Translations under genes and position numbers: made by a program
Sequence record: OZ035785.1
From: Tequatrovirus BCH953P2
Reading direction: 5' to 3' (one strand)
Length of the DNA: 64,000 bases
Notes under the pieces: model-generated
Seen by the model: the letters and a program-made list of their open reading frames with translations, nothing else
Told to the model about the DNA's origin: nothing
Database searches by the model: none
In this document: piece by piece, positions 1 through 9,930 of the stretch
Layout: each line of letters begins with the position of its first letter
How positions within the stretch are numbered: the stretch's first letter is position 1

Positions 1-186
1 ATTTTCTAATGCAACATTTAACGCATTAATAGATGGAACGCTATGATACTCATTAACATGAGATTTAATTAATTTGAATGTATTTTTAGCTGGACCACTT
101 TCAAAATATTCTGAATCCATATATGGCCAAACTTTTGAAAAATAAGCTTGATCAAATATGAGATGAGAAAGAATAATTTCTACCAC
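1..186 (-). CDS. 41: DNA helicase gp41, N-terminal part (runs off window start)
   Basis: Minus-strand frame reads V/M-VEIILSHLIFDQAYFSKVWPYMDSEYF from a GTG at 186 preceded by AAGGAG; position downstream of gene 40 as in T4. Confidence 0.6.
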   Translation of the reverse strand, partial: MVEIILSHLIFDQAYFSKVWPYMDSEYFESGPAKNTFKLIKSHVNEYHSVPSINALNVALEN

Positions 187-195
187 ACTTACTCC

Positions 196-558
196 TTAAA
201 AGAATTTAAATTTTTTCTTTGACCTTTTATTAAATGCATCTTGCAGTTGCATTGTAATACATTTTTCTACATGAGGAGCTAACTCAGCTTTTCTTTCTTG
301 GTCAAGAACAGCAAAGTCCATTACAACCTTTCCATCAACCCAATCTAATTTTGTCACATACACAATGTGTGTAGAACCATCTTCTAGTTTAATGACAATC
401 TCCTGGATAACATTTTCCATAGCAGATTTAATTATCTTAAGAGACTCATTAAAAAGACGTTCTTTTCTTTCTTCTTCCCCCTCCGAAGAGGGGGATTCAT
501 CGATAATTTCTAGATCTAAATCTAAATCATCTTTATTCATTAAATTCTTCCATATCAC
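196..558 (-). CDS. 40: gene 40 protein (head assembly accessory), by synteny
   Basis: 120 aa ORF between uvsX and 41; acidic N-terminus; start may be the internal Met at 540. Confidence 0.5.
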   Translation of the reverse strand: MIWKNLMNKDDLDLDLEIIDESPSSEGEEERKERLFNESLKIIKSAMENVIQEIVIKLEDGSTHIVYVTKLDWVDGKVVMDFAVLDQERKAELAPHVEKCITMQLQDAFNKRSKKKFKFF

Positions 559-1714
559 TTAACTGTTCGAGGTCAGTTTCTAAATCAGCAGCTGATTTAC
601 TTTTACTTTCTGGGGATTTAAATTTTTCAACTTTTGAGTTAATCAATTCATCAACTTCCGCTTCAACAATTTCATTACTATCAATAGCACCTAACTGATA
701 AGCACGTTTAATAGCATCTCGGAATGGTTGATGCTTAAATAAAGGACCCCAGAATGTAGTGCAGTTGGTATCTTTTGCACGCCAAGATTTTTCTTCGCGA
801 ATCATCTCACCGGTTTCTTCATCAAGAAATTCACGGGCATACCAGCCATTTTTAGGTTTTACTACAAATCCTAATTCTAGTGCCATATCTAACAATCCAG
901 AATAAGGATCGATACCACCGTCAAATTTAACATCAATAAAGAATTTACTTTTTTCTTTAACGGTACGAGATTTTTCTACATTTAGAACAAATTGATACCC
1001 CTGAAGATCAGAACCATCTTTAATTTGACGTTTACCGATAATGAATACAGTATCAGCCGAATACATTACGCCTGTACCGCCTGTCATCACGGTTTTACTA
1101 AACATTTCAATTGTTTCAATTGTATGGTTAACCGCAACGCACGGAATATTTTTAATGCTAAAATAAGGAGTAACAATACGGAATAATGACTTCAGTGATT
1201 TAGCACGAGTCATATCTGCCACAGATTTTTCATTCAAGGCATCTTCCGTTTCTTTCTTAGAAGCCATATTACCGATTGAGTCGATGAATACAATAACCTT
1301 TTCACCACGCTCAATAGCTTCAAGCTGATTCACCATATCAATTTTCAGTTGTTCAACTGACTGGATTGGTGTATGAATTACTCGTTCCGGGTCAACTCCC
1401 ATAGATCGCAAATAAGCTGGAGTGATACCAAATTCGCTATCATAGAATAGACAAACCGCGTCAGGATATTTGTTCAAATATGCCGCAACCATAGTCAAAG
1501 ACATATTTGATTTAAAGTGTTTAGAAGGCCCTGCGAAAATAGTTAAACCAGACTGCATGCCGCCATCAATCGCACCAGAAATAGCAATATTAAGCATTGG
1601 GATTTTTGTACGGATTACATCCTTTTCATTAAAGAATTTAGATGTAGTCAGTTCAGCAGTCATTTTAGAAGTGGAAGCTTTAATCAAACGGGATTTTAAA
1701 TCTGCAATAGACAT
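533..1714 (-). CDS. uvsX: UvsX RecA-like recombinase
   Basis: 393 aa; MSxxDLKSRLIKASTSK N-terminus, RecA-fold ATPase core, acidic C-terminal tail. Confidence 0.95.
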   Translation of the reverse strand: MSIADLKSRLIKASTSKMTAELTTSKFFNEKDVIRTKIPMLNIAISGAIDGGMQSGLTIFAGPSKHFKSNMSLTMVAAYLNKYPDAVCLFYDSEFGITPAYLRSMGVDPERVIHTPIQSVEQLKIDMVNQLEAIERGEKVIVFIDSIGNMASKKETEDALNEKSVADMTRAKSLKSLFRIVTPYFSIKNIPCVAVNHTIETIEMFSKTVMTGGTGVMYSADTVFIIGKRQIKDGSDLQGYQFVLNVEKSRTVKEKSKFFIDVKFDGGIDPYSGLLDMALELGFVVKPKNGWYAREFLDEETGEMIREEKSWRAKDTNCTTFWGPLFKHQPFRDAIKRAYQLGAIDSNEIVEAEVDELINSKVEKFKSPESKSKSAADLETDLEQLSDMEEFNE

Positions 1715-1767
1715 TCATTTTTTCCATAGGCATCATTATATTTTCCTCACTGGTTAAAGATAGAGTA

Positions 1768-1793
1768 ATTATAACACAATAAATTTAGGCATT
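1768..1793 (-). promoter_or_regulatory. candidate MotA-dependent middle promoter upstream of uvsX
   Basis: Minus strand reads TGCCTAA (MotA-box-like), 11 nt spacer, TATAAT. Confidence 0.4.
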
Positions 1794-2634
1794 AATCAAC
1801 TGCTATTGGATGAATAGCATTAAACTTATGAAATGCTTCTGATTTTTCTTTACGCGAAACACACATGCGAAGAACCTTTAACGGCTCGTCTTCTTCACCC
1901 AACGATTTTCGTTTTTCAATATTAGAAGTTTTCCAACGAGCTTGCTCTGGAAACTCTCTATTGATTTGTTCAAGCGCTCTATTATGTTTAGAATTACTGC
2001 GAATTGAACTGCACCCGCCAGGAGCTTGTGCTTTTCCAGATACAACCAGATATTTGAACAAGGCCAAATGCGGATAACCTTGATTAATTAAATTGAGAAA
2101 TGCATACATATCTTCGCATAAATCAATTTTTCCATACCCAATTTGTTCTGTGGTAAGTTTTCCGAGGTCATACCATGTATTCGTGAATCCGTATGAATTT
2201 TCACGATAATTACCCCAAGATGAAGTAATTTTAAAAATTGGTAGACGAGCATGACCGTGATAATACCCGCAATCCATGGCATCTTCAACGTATTGAATCA
2301 ATTCATAGAACTGTTCACGAGTTAATTGATTAATTTTATCTACACATCGGCGATCATCTCTTTTTCGCATTGAACTCATACGAATAGTAGTATCATCGTC
2401 AATCATCCAGATTCGTTGACCTGCATACATATCAGTAATTGCTTTACGAGTACCGGCAATTCCATTTACATCATCAGGAATAGTTACAATTTTAGCTCTA
2501 GACCCATAGGCATCATAATAAGCTTTTTCTTCGTGTTCACGCACTACAATATGTGGTTCATAATCAGTCGGAAACATATCAAGGGCAGAAACTGCCCCTA
2601 CACGTTGATAGCTTGGAATTACGAATTGAATCAT
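1792..2634 (-). CDS. glycosyltransferase with DxD motif at the beta-gt locus (candidate beta-glucosyl-HMC-alpha-glucosyltransferase)
   Basis: 280 aa; IWMIDDD motif typical of GT-A enzymes; occupies the uvsX-to-42 position where T4 has 351 aa beta-gt; unrelated in sequence to T4 beta-gt. Confidence 0.5.
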   Translation of the reverse strand: MIQFVIPSYQRVGAVSALDMFPTDYEPHIVVREHEEKAYYDAYGSRAKIVTIPDDVNGIAGTRKAITDMYAGQRIWMIDDDTTIRMSSMRKRDDRRCVDKINQLTREQFYELIQYVEDAMDCGYYHGHARLPIFKITSSWGNYRENSYGFTNTWYDLGKLTTEQIGYGKIDLCEDMYAFLNLINQGYPHLALFKYLVVSGKAQAPGGCSSIRSNSKHNRALEQINREFPEQARWKTSNIEKRKSLGEEDEPLKVLRMCVSRKEKSEAFHKFNAIHPIAVD

Positions 2635-3271
2635 TTAAGTGCCTTACATTTGTCAAAATGGTATCTTGTCATATTTGGCCCACGTCCTTTTAGTCCGCAA
2701 TGCGGACATATTTTTTCTATCAAATTATGAGGTTTTCCTTTACGATTTTTAGACATCGTTTCTTTAATTATTTTAGCTTTTTCTGCGCCAAAAATTTCTT
2801 CATAAGTTTTACCAGAATTTTCCTTTGCTCGATTTATAATTCCATATGCCTGCTCATTTTTACCATACATTGGATTACCTTCGCCTTTCATTCTTTTAGA
2901 ATGATCAGGACGCTTGATTCCACGAAAGGCATTTCCGCACTTATATCTTTCTTCTGGAGATAGTTTTTACCGTACATTCCATTTAATTTGCCTGGAAAAC
3001 TTCCTCCCCATGCTTCATTCTTTAAATTATATGAATCCGGACAATTAGCAGCATCTAAACAAGTTAAAATAATTTCTTCAACCTGTCTAAACATTGGTCC
3101 TTCATATAATATTTCTTTATTAAAGGATTTTATTCCATATTTCTTTTTAGCATGTTGCCAAACTACACCCGAACCATCATAATTCGGGTTGTGACCATCA
3201 TGACTTCCTATATACCACTTTTTAGTTTTAGGATGTTTATACTTATAAACATGTGGCACATTTACTTCCAT
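2631..3271 (-). pseudogene. seg-like GIY-YIG homing endonuclease split by a frameshift
   Basis: N-terminal ORF (2888-3271) has VYKYKH...WYIGS GIY-YIG motifs then GKLNGMYGKN; the NUMOD3-like continuation (SPEERYK...GEGNPMYGK) lies in another frame (2631-2891); frames switch near an A5 run around 2962-2968. Confidence 0.6.
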
Positions 3272-4002
3272 TTTCCAGTATAATCCTTTTTAGCAATATG
3301 AGTCTCACCGGTGTTCCACCAATGGTCAACTAAATAAAACTGATTTTCGTACACATGAAGACTTCCAACGTTCCATATAATAGAACCTGCTTTATATTGC
3401 CGCGATGGGTCGCCTGCATTCAAATCAGATACTAATTTATCTAGTACGTATTTTTGCCAAGCATAATCATTACGATAGCCTGCCCAGCAATCATTGCTTC
3501 TCATGCTAACAACCGCATTGACTTTCTTATCACGAATCAGGTACTGTACTGTATTAGTACACATGAAATCTGACATACCATCTTTATTGTAGTCAAATTG
3601 CATGGATGGACGAGTATAAATCATGATACCACGTCGAGAATCAGGATTTTGACCAAGTTCAGCTAAACACATGTCATATTGAGCATAGTTATCTTCTGAC
3701 CAGATAGCCCAACCATAATTCGAGTTAATTTCGCCTTTAGAAGATGCTACCTGCTGCCAAATCTTTGGTGTTTCACCTGGAATATCTTTAACAAACAAGC
3801 TCTTAGATTTATACCATTCAAGTTCGCGCTGAATGTATTCATCATTAAGAGCGCCAAAAATAAACGGTTCATCTGCTACAAATGATGCGCCAATAATTTC
3901 AATAGTTTTAACACCGGTTTTATCAACTACGAAATCTTTTTCTTTTAATGCAAGCCCCAAATGAAGACGGATTTCTTCAACTGTCATAGAGTCACTAATC
4001 AT
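3262..4002 (-). CDS. 42: dCMP hydroxymethylase
   Basis: 246 aa thymidylate-synthase-fold protein at the conserved position downstream of the gt locus. Confidence 0.93.
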   Translation of the reverse strand: MISDSMTVEEIRLHLGLALKEKDFVVDKTGVKTIEIIGASFVADEPFIFGALNDEYIQRELEWYKSKSLFVKDIPGETPKIWQQVASSKGEINSNYGWAIWSEDNYAQYDMCLAELGQNPDSRRGIMIYTRPSMQFDYNKDGMSDFMCTNTVQYLIRDKKVNAVVSMRSNDCWAGYRNDYAWQKYVLDKLVSDLNAGDPSRQYKAGSIIWNVGSLHVYENQFYLVDHWWNTGETHIAKKDYTGKWK

Positions 4003-4009
4003 TTAAACC

Positions 4010-4159
4010 TCAATTGATACATTCATATTTAACTTGTAACAGTAATAAACCCCAACCTAAAATAATAGTTGGAATCATAAGAGGAACCGTTACACTATAG
4101 TATATACTTATTATAATCATCAAGATTAAAAGCAACACTGCTATAATTTTGCTTTTCAT
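4010..4159 (-). CDS. small hydrophobic protein
   Basis: 49 aa ORF MKSKIIAVLLLILMIIISIYY...; start overlaps imm stop (ATGA); not in ORF track (<60 aa). Confidence 0.4.
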   Translation of the reverse strand: MKSKIIAVLLLILMIIISIYYSVTVPLMIPTIILGWGLLLLQVKYECIN

Positions 4160-4407
4160 TCCTTCTCTCTGATGATAATTACCTGATTTGGTTGTGCAGA
4201 CTTTTTAGTTTCACCCGCAATTGACCAAATAAATGTAATAAACCAACCAATAATTGACCAGTTAAACAGTAAAGATGTGAAAAAGATTCCTACTGTCGAT
4301 TTTGACCCACGCATCAAGGCGATAAACCATGGAAGCATGTATATAATAATAGCCAACACACCTGAAACTAAAACCATAAAAATTGAACCTGCTACTAAAG
4401 TTTCCAT
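4156..4407 (-). CDS. imm: superinfection immunity membrane protein Imm
   Basis: 83 aa, two hydrophobic helices, position between 42 and 43. Confidence 0.8.
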   Translation of the reverse strand: METLVAGSIFMVLVSGVLAIIIYMLPWFIALMRGSKSTVGIFFTSLLFNWSIIGWFITFIWSIAGETKKSAQPNQVIIIREKE

Positions 4408-4414
4408 GTTTTCC

Positions 4415-4795
4415 TCACTTAGTCAAATTTTTTACACATGAATTATAAGAATTCACTACATACTCCATCGGAGCATTTTTACCAGTACGCCATTGGTAAT
4501 TATTAGCCCAATTAGCCCAAATTTCGGCGCAGTAGTTTTCAATTTTTTCTTCGCGTGTAATTACATCAGAATTACGATATGCTTGAGCAGATTCATCTGG
4601 ACGAATAGCTTCGTCAAAATTCGCCTGCATTTGTTCGACTGTTTGCTTTGGAGCTTCTTTATAACACTTGACATTAGGATTATAAAATTTGCTTGAACAG
4701 TTTACAATTTTTCCTACATCAGACTGATTTACTACCGGTCCTTGAGCTACACAACCAGTAAGACCTAATGCAATAACCAAAATAGCGATTTTCAT
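4415..4795 (-). CDS. predicted lipoprotein
   Basis: 126 aa; signal peptide with lipobox LGLTGC. Confidence 0.6.
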   Translation of the reverse strand: MKIAILVIALGLTGCVAQGPVVNQSDVGKIVNCSSKFYNPNVKCYKEAPKQTVEQMQANFDEAIRPDESAQAYRNSDVITREEKIENYCAEIWANWANNYQWRTGKNAPMEYVVNSYNSCVKNLTK

Positions 4796-4805
4796 AATAA
4801 TTTCC

Positions 4806-5042
4806 TCAAATGCAAGTAGTAATTACTCCAGTAGTGCTTATGCAGGTATTACCCATTTGCACACCTAAAGATCCATTTGTATTCACATGAAGATTATCAT
4901 CAATTTTAACTGATATTTTACCATTAGTGTGAATAACGGTGCTAGATTCAATCACAGGTTGAGTATCATTTTCAACACTAACAAATGGAACTGCTGCTAA
5001 TGCAACTAAACACACTGCTAAGCAACCATAAACAATTTTCAT
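4806..5042 (-). CDS. small secreted/periplasmic protein
   Basis: Signal-peptide-like N-terminus MKIVYGCLAVCLVALAAVPFVSV; track ORF starts at TTG, likely ATG at 5042 with GGAG upstream. Confidence 0.5.
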   Translation of the reverse strand: MKIVYGCLAVCLVALAAVPFVSVENDTQPVIESSTVIHTNGKISVKIDDNLHVNTNGSLGVQMGNTCISTTGVITTCI

Positions 5043-5078
5043 TTCATTCTCCAAATCCGTATCAGTAGTTGATAGTTG

Positions 5079-5109
5079 TATAGTACCATAGAAGAACAGG
5101 GATGTAAAC
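5079..5109 (-). promoter_or_regulatory. T4-type early promoter within a repeated promoter cassette
   Basis: Minus strand GTTTAC, 18 nt, TACTAT; about 60 bp nearly identical to cassettes at 31787-31850 and 46463-46545. Confidence 0.6.
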
Positions 5110-5191
5110 AGTTTTGTGAAAATTTTTTAGGGAATCCAAAGGGTCCAGAATCATCTCTTTTTCATAAGTATAGATTTATATTACTTGTATG

Positions 5192-5214
5192 AAAAAGGGA
5201 CCTGGAGGTCCCTA
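5192..5214 (-). terminator. intrinsic terminator after gene 43
   Basis: Minus strand GGGACCUCCAGGUCCC stem-loop followed by UUUUU. Confidence 0.6.
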
Positions 5215-5225
5215 GATTTATTCTA

Positions 5226-7922
5226 TCAGCCAAACAGGAAGTCTAACGAAGCTTTTTCTTCATAGTCCATGCCAGCCGATTCACACATACCCGCAAGCGG
5301 TTTAACAAACGATTTTTGGAACAAAGTTGAGTGGTCAATCCAAGATAGTACATCAGAACGAATTTCTTTTGGAAGTTCTGTACCCGACGGCCAAGCAATG
5401 CACTTGTCACCAAATGGATTTCCTTCACGTAATGGAAGAACCATTACTTTATTTCCATCCAAAATTGGAGCTACACCCAGACCACTAACAGCTCGACGAT
5501 AAGTTAGCACACCGCGAATATGGAACGGGCATTTAAATCCTGGCCAACCTTTATCATCATATTTCGCTATATCGTTCGCAGTTTTTACTTCAGCAATAAC
5601 TTTATAGTCGAGTTGACGATATTCTTTCTCGAAGTTCTTGTAATATTCTTGGACAGACTCTTCACCTTCCTGAAGAATACGACGAATACTTTCTTCGAGA
5701 GCTTCTTGTACTGCTTTTGGTGTTGAACTCTGCTGAGTTTCCATACCCATGATTTTTAGATGTGGTTCAGCAAATCGCTTATCTTCCATATCATAAACGT
5801 TCAGAGCATAACGCTTTTTCGCTTTCCAAAATCCACCAACACCCTTTGAACCAAGTGGAGGGCAAGAAATAGCTTCACGGTCCATATGCATCAGATGCTC
5901 GCGGTTATTCATATAATCACATAACTCACGATATGCAACATCAATCATAGGTTCCATCTTTTTCTTACCGAACTGATTCATGAATTCAACTAAATCGTTC
6001 TGCTCTTTGAATCGGTCAAGACCAACTTTTTCAATAACTTTATCTACACAAACATATACCGAATCAGTATCACCCGCGGCAATGAAATCTTCACCATCAG
6101 TTCCACATACTTTATTTAGATATTCATTAATTTTACGAGCAATCCACTGAATACCAACTTGGCCGAAAATTGTGATAGCAGTAGCATTTCGCAAATCATA
6201 GTAACGGAAATGAATATTACCAAGAGCACCATAAAGACTGTTAATAAGAATTTTACGGTTCAGCTGATTTGTGTTAGCAAGTGTAGCTGCTTTTTCACAT
6301 TCCTCAATCAGACTATTGAGAACGGATTCGGTGTAATTCGATAGTTCATTTAAGAAATCATCACTGAACTTAACATATCGTTCAACTTCTGGTTTAGTTG
6401 AACAAGACCCTGCGCCTTTCATAATAATCTTTTTAATAGCTTCGGCATTCATTTCTTCAGCGAACATTTTCTTTTTCCAGTCTTTACGCTGGAAAAATAC
6501 TTTAGCGATTTCCTTTGGAATGATACCTTCTTGATGCTTATCATACATCCATCCATTCGGAGAACAAGAATATTCATCACTCGGTTTAGGAGCTGTTCCT
6601 GCAATATATTCATGAATTGGATGAACTTTAAACTGCCCACGAATAGTCTCAGGACTAATGTTAACCTGACGAATAATGCTCGGATACAGAGACGTCAAGT
6701 CAAAACTCATAATATATCGACGAGCAATTGGTTTAGGTTCAAACACAAATGCACCCGGAAAACTCTGTTTAACGTGCGAACCCTGTTGAGGAATAACCTT
6801 ATGTTCACCTTTCAATGAGTTAAAAATAATAGCATCCCAAGTTTTAATAGGACTCATTACACCAGAAAAAGGCATTTTAGCATAATAAGACATACTTAAA
6901 ACTAGATCGATAAACCCGCGAATTTTATCAATTGCTTGAACTGATTCTACGTCAATGATGTTATAACTAATGTATCGTTGATGATTAGTCTCACGAAGTT
7001 TATTAATAGGACCGTCGTATGGTAATTTACCTTTTTTGGTTTCATGTTGAGCAACTGATTCCAAAGAGAATGACGGCAAATTAGTAAATGCGAATTTCTT
7101 ATACAAATCTAAATAATCAAGAATAGATACGCCATCAATAGAATAAATTTCTTTGCTACCGTACACATTTTGAATTAGTTTAGATTTTACTCGACCGATT
7201 GGAGAGAAACGTTTCATACTGCGTTCACCGAGAACCATTTTAACGCGATTCATGATATACGGAACGTCAAATCCCTCAATATTCCAACCAGTAAAAATAG
7301 CAGGTCGTTTCTGTTCCCAAAGATTGATATATTCCATGAGCATATCACGCTCATTATCGAATGGCATATAAATTACTCGGTCAAGAATTTCTTGAGGAAC
7401 TTCATCACCACCTTCACAGTCAAGCTTAGCAGCTAACTTTGCATCCCATTTTGATACTGAACCGTACATTGAATTCAAAAGGTCGAAAACATAAAAACGG
7501 TCATCAATTGAATCGTAATGAGTGATAGCATCAATTTCATATTCAGCTTTCATTGGGTCAGGAAATTTATCACCAGTAACCTCAATGTCACAGTTAGCTA
7601 CACGAACAAATTTTCGGTCATAAACAATTTCTGAACCATATGTATCACTAATGTAAGCGAGTTTAAAATCGTTCATACCGAGAGCTTCGAGACCGATGTC
7701 TTCCATTCGCTTCATCCAGTCTCGTGCATCTTTCATTGATGGAAATTTTTGAGGAGCGCAATTTTTACCATAAATGTCTTTGTACTTTGACTCTTCCTTA
7801 CAATGCCTAAACATAGTCGGAAGATATTCTACTTCACGAGTACGTTCCTTTCCGTTTTCATCAATATAACGTTCAACAATGTTATTTCCGACTGTTTCGA
7901 TAGAGATATAAAATTCTTTCAT
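5226..7922 (-). CDS. 43: DNA polymerase gp43 (family B)
   Basis: 898 aa; exonuclease and polymerase motifs (SLYPS, DTDS); MKEFYISIETVGNN N-terminus. Confidence 0.97.
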   Translation of the reverse strand: MKEFYISIETVGNNIVERYIDENGKERTREVEYLPTMFRHCKEESKYKDIYGKNCAPQKFPSMKDARDWMKRMEDIGLEALGMNDFKLAYISDTYGSEIVYDRKFVRVANCDIEVTGDKFPDPMKAEYEIDAITHYDSIDDRFYVFDLLNSMYGSVSKWDAKLAAKLDCEGGDEVPQEILDRVIYMPFDNERDMLMEYINLWEQKRPAIFTGWNIEGFDVPYIMNRVKMVLGERSMKRFSPIGRVKSKLIQNVYGSKEIYSIDGVSILDYLDLYKKFAFTNLPSFSLESVAQHETKKGKLPYDGPINKLRETNHQRYISYNIIDVESVQAIDKIRGFIDLVLSMSYYAKMPFSGVMSPIKTWDAIIFNSLKGEHKVIPQQGSHVKQSFPGAFVFEPKPIARRYIMSFDLTSLYPSIIRQVNISPETIRGQFKVHPIHEYIAGTAPKPSDEYSCSPNGWMYDKHQEGIIPKEIAKVFFQRKDWKKKMFAEEMNAEAIKKIIMKGAGSCSTKPEVERYVKFSDDFLNELSNYTESVLNSLIEECEKAATLANTNQLNRKILINSLYGALGNIHFRYYDLRNATAITIFGQVGIQWIARKINEYLNKVCGTDGEDFIAAGDTDSVYVCVDKVIEKVGLDRFKEQNDLVEFMNQFGKKKMEPMIDVAYRELCDYMNNREHLMHMDREAISCPPLGSKGVGGFWKAKKRYALNVYDMEDKRFAEPHLKIMGMETQQSSTPKAVQEALEESIRRILQEGEESVQEYYKNFEKEYRQLDYKVIAEVKTANDIAKYDDKGWPGFKCPFHIRGVLTYRRAVSGLGVAPILDGNKVMVLPLREGNPFGDKCIAWPSGTELPKEIRSDVLSWIDHSTLFQKSFVKPLAGMCESAGMDYEEKASLDFLFG

Positions 7923-7962
7923 AGATATTCCTTAGTTTATAGCCCGAGTTATTAGGCTCTTG
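7923..7962 (-). promoter_or_regulatory. gene 43 translational operator hairpin
   Basis: mRNA reads GAGCC-UAAUAACUC-GGGCU followed by AAGGAA and AUG; matches the known gp43 autoregulatory hairpin with loop AAUAACUC. Confidence 0.8.
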
Positions 7963-7982
7963 ATATATTATACTCCAATTAA

Positions 7983-7996
7983 GGGGCCGAAGCCCC
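7983..7996 (-). other. C(UUCG)G tetraloop RNA hairpin
   Basis: GGGGC CGAA GCCCC on plus = GGGGCUUCGGCCCC on the transcript; intercistronic between regA and 43. Confidence 0.6.
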
Positions 7997-8000
7997 TTGC

Positions 8001-8369
8001 TTAATTACCAATCGTATATTTAGGAACGAGTTTCCATTCATGTTTTTGTTTAAAAGAAATAACTCGGAAGTTATTAGTTAAATCTTTCATAAAAGTTCTT
8101 TGACCAGGAACGATTTCAATAAGTCCCCAATCTTCTAACAGCCATGCAATCGAATCACGACGAACTTCATCTTCTTCTGTCATTTCAACTTGACGACCAT
8201 CCATACGAAGCATTTCTTTAAAATGAACAATATAGTATAGTCCTTTTTTCTGAAGAATATGACAGGACTGATACAGAACTTTATCTTTATTATTAGCAAT
8301 TCCCATACGAGTCAAAGTTTCTTTTACTTTCAGAAAATCTTCAGGTTTTTTAAGAGTAATTTCAATCAT
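8001..8369 (-). CDS. regA: translational repressor RegA
   Basis: 122 aa; conserved position downstream of 62. Confidence 0.9.
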   Translation of the reverse strand: MIEITLKKPEDFLKVKETLTRMGIANNKDKVLYQSCHILQKKGLYYIVHFKEMLRMDGRQVEMTEEDEVRRDSIAWLLEDWGLIEIVPGQRTFMKDLTNNFRVISFKQKHEWKLVPKYTIGN

Positions 8370-8370
8370 T

Positions 8371-8934
8371 TTACCATTCCAATGCTAGTTTTTTGAGTTG
8401 TTTCTGTTCTTTTACGTTCTTAGTCACTTCTTTCAAAAAATCATCCGTGACTAATCCTTTTAGTTCTTTTAATACTAAAGGTAGTTTTCCATTTTTAGTA
8501 AGAATTGATTTATAGTTAATTGCATCATTTGTATTAACTTGATACCGCTTAGCAAGTAACTTAATAATCAATACTTCGGTGGAATCTTCAACCAGTTTTG
8601 CCCATTTACCATATCTTTTACCACGAGGAACTGCAGCCATTAGATAATTAAAATGAGCTTCATCACTTAAACCTGATCCAATTAAATTCATAGCATATAC
8701 AGCTGGCATGCACTCCGGAAATTGTGATAATGCATTTTCAACCATGAATTTTGAATAATCTTTTTGAGCAATAGAGCATTTAGTTTTATTATTGATAGCT
8801 CCAATTATTTCAAAAAATTCATTTTCAGCTTTTTCTTTAAAAGAATCAGCAGCGGATTGGACAGCTGTCCAATCTTTTGAATACCAAGCAACTTGATGCT
8901 CGTTTAATTGAATATCATCTTCAAATAAGCTCAT
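8371..8934 (-). CDS. 62: clamp loader subunit gp62
   Basis: 187 aa from [14 protein letters not shown]; start overlaps the gene 44 stop. Confidence 0.9.
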   Translation of the reverse strand: MSLFEDDIQLNEHQVAWYSKDWTAVQSAADSFKEKAENEFFEIIGAINNKTKCSIAQKDYSKFMVENALSQFPECMPAVYAMNLIGSGLSDEAHFNYLMAAVPRGKRYGKWAKLVEDSTEVLIIKLLAKRYQVNTNDAINYKSILTKNGKLPLVLKELKGLVTDDFLKEVTKNVKEQKQLKKLALEW

Positions 8935-8935
8935 A

Positions 8936-9895
8936 TCACTTCCACTGCATTTCACATGCTAATTGAATGAAAAGATAAGCTAGATGCAATTCAGTATTAG
9001 CTGCAATACCATGATACTGATTATTTTCGCCGACAATTTCGTACATACGAATAATACTCTGTGGAGTTACACGTGAATAGATTTCTTCGGCAAGTTTACC
9101 AACGAACCACGAATAATCAGCTGCATATTTTGGTGCTAAAGCTCTGAGTTGTTTAACATCTTTATTTTTGAGAGACTCAAGAACATCATCAATAGCACCA
9201 CGATCGTTAGTAACCAGTGATAAAATACCAGCATCCAAAACACCTTTAGATGAATAACTATCGAGCTCGCCAATAGTTTTACGAAAATCAGGAAAATTCT
9301 TTTTAACCAAAGCTGCTACAACTTTCATATCAGCTATAGCAATTCCTTCATGCTTGCAGATTTCAGTCAATCGACGAATCATCTGCTTCATCATTTCAAT
9401 TTTATCTTCATCGGTCGGTTGACCGAATGTAATAACTCGGCAGCGTGACTGAAGCGGTTTAATAATACCATCAATATTGTTAGCAGTAATAATAATACTA
9501 CAGTTTGAACTATAAGCTTCCATAAAGGAACGAAGATGTCGCTGAGACTCTGCTAGCCCTGAACGGTCAAATTCATCAATAACGATTACTTTTTGACGAC
9601 CATCAAATGAAGCTGCACTGGCAAAATTAGTCAAAGGACCACGAACGAAATCAATTTTACAATCTGATCCATTCACAAACATCATATCAGCATTTACATC
9701 ATGACACAATGCTTTCGCTACAGTCGTTTTACCTGTTCCTGGAGAAGGAGAATGAAGAATAATATGTGGAATCTTACCTTTACTTGTAATAGATTTAAAG
9801 GTTTCTTTATCAAAGGCGGGAAGAATACATTCATCGATAGTAGATGGACGATATTTCTGTTCAAGAATGTGTTCTTTTTCATTTACAGTAATCAT
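8936..9895 (-). CDS. 44: clamp loader ATPase gp44
   Basis: 319 aa from MITVNEKEH; Walker A GTGKT, SRC motif. Confidence 0.92.
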
Positions 9896-9930
9896 AATTT
9901 CCTCATTCAAGTTTTAGTGTAAATTATAAA

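Noticed and set aside
365-562. Plus-strand ORFs embedded in minus-strand genes across the early region (for example 365-562, 992-1186, 1470-1757, 9956-10372, 12368-12751)
   Set aside because: They lie antisense within well-supported conserved genes, have no promoter or RBS context and low-complexity translations; judged to be antisense artefacts.
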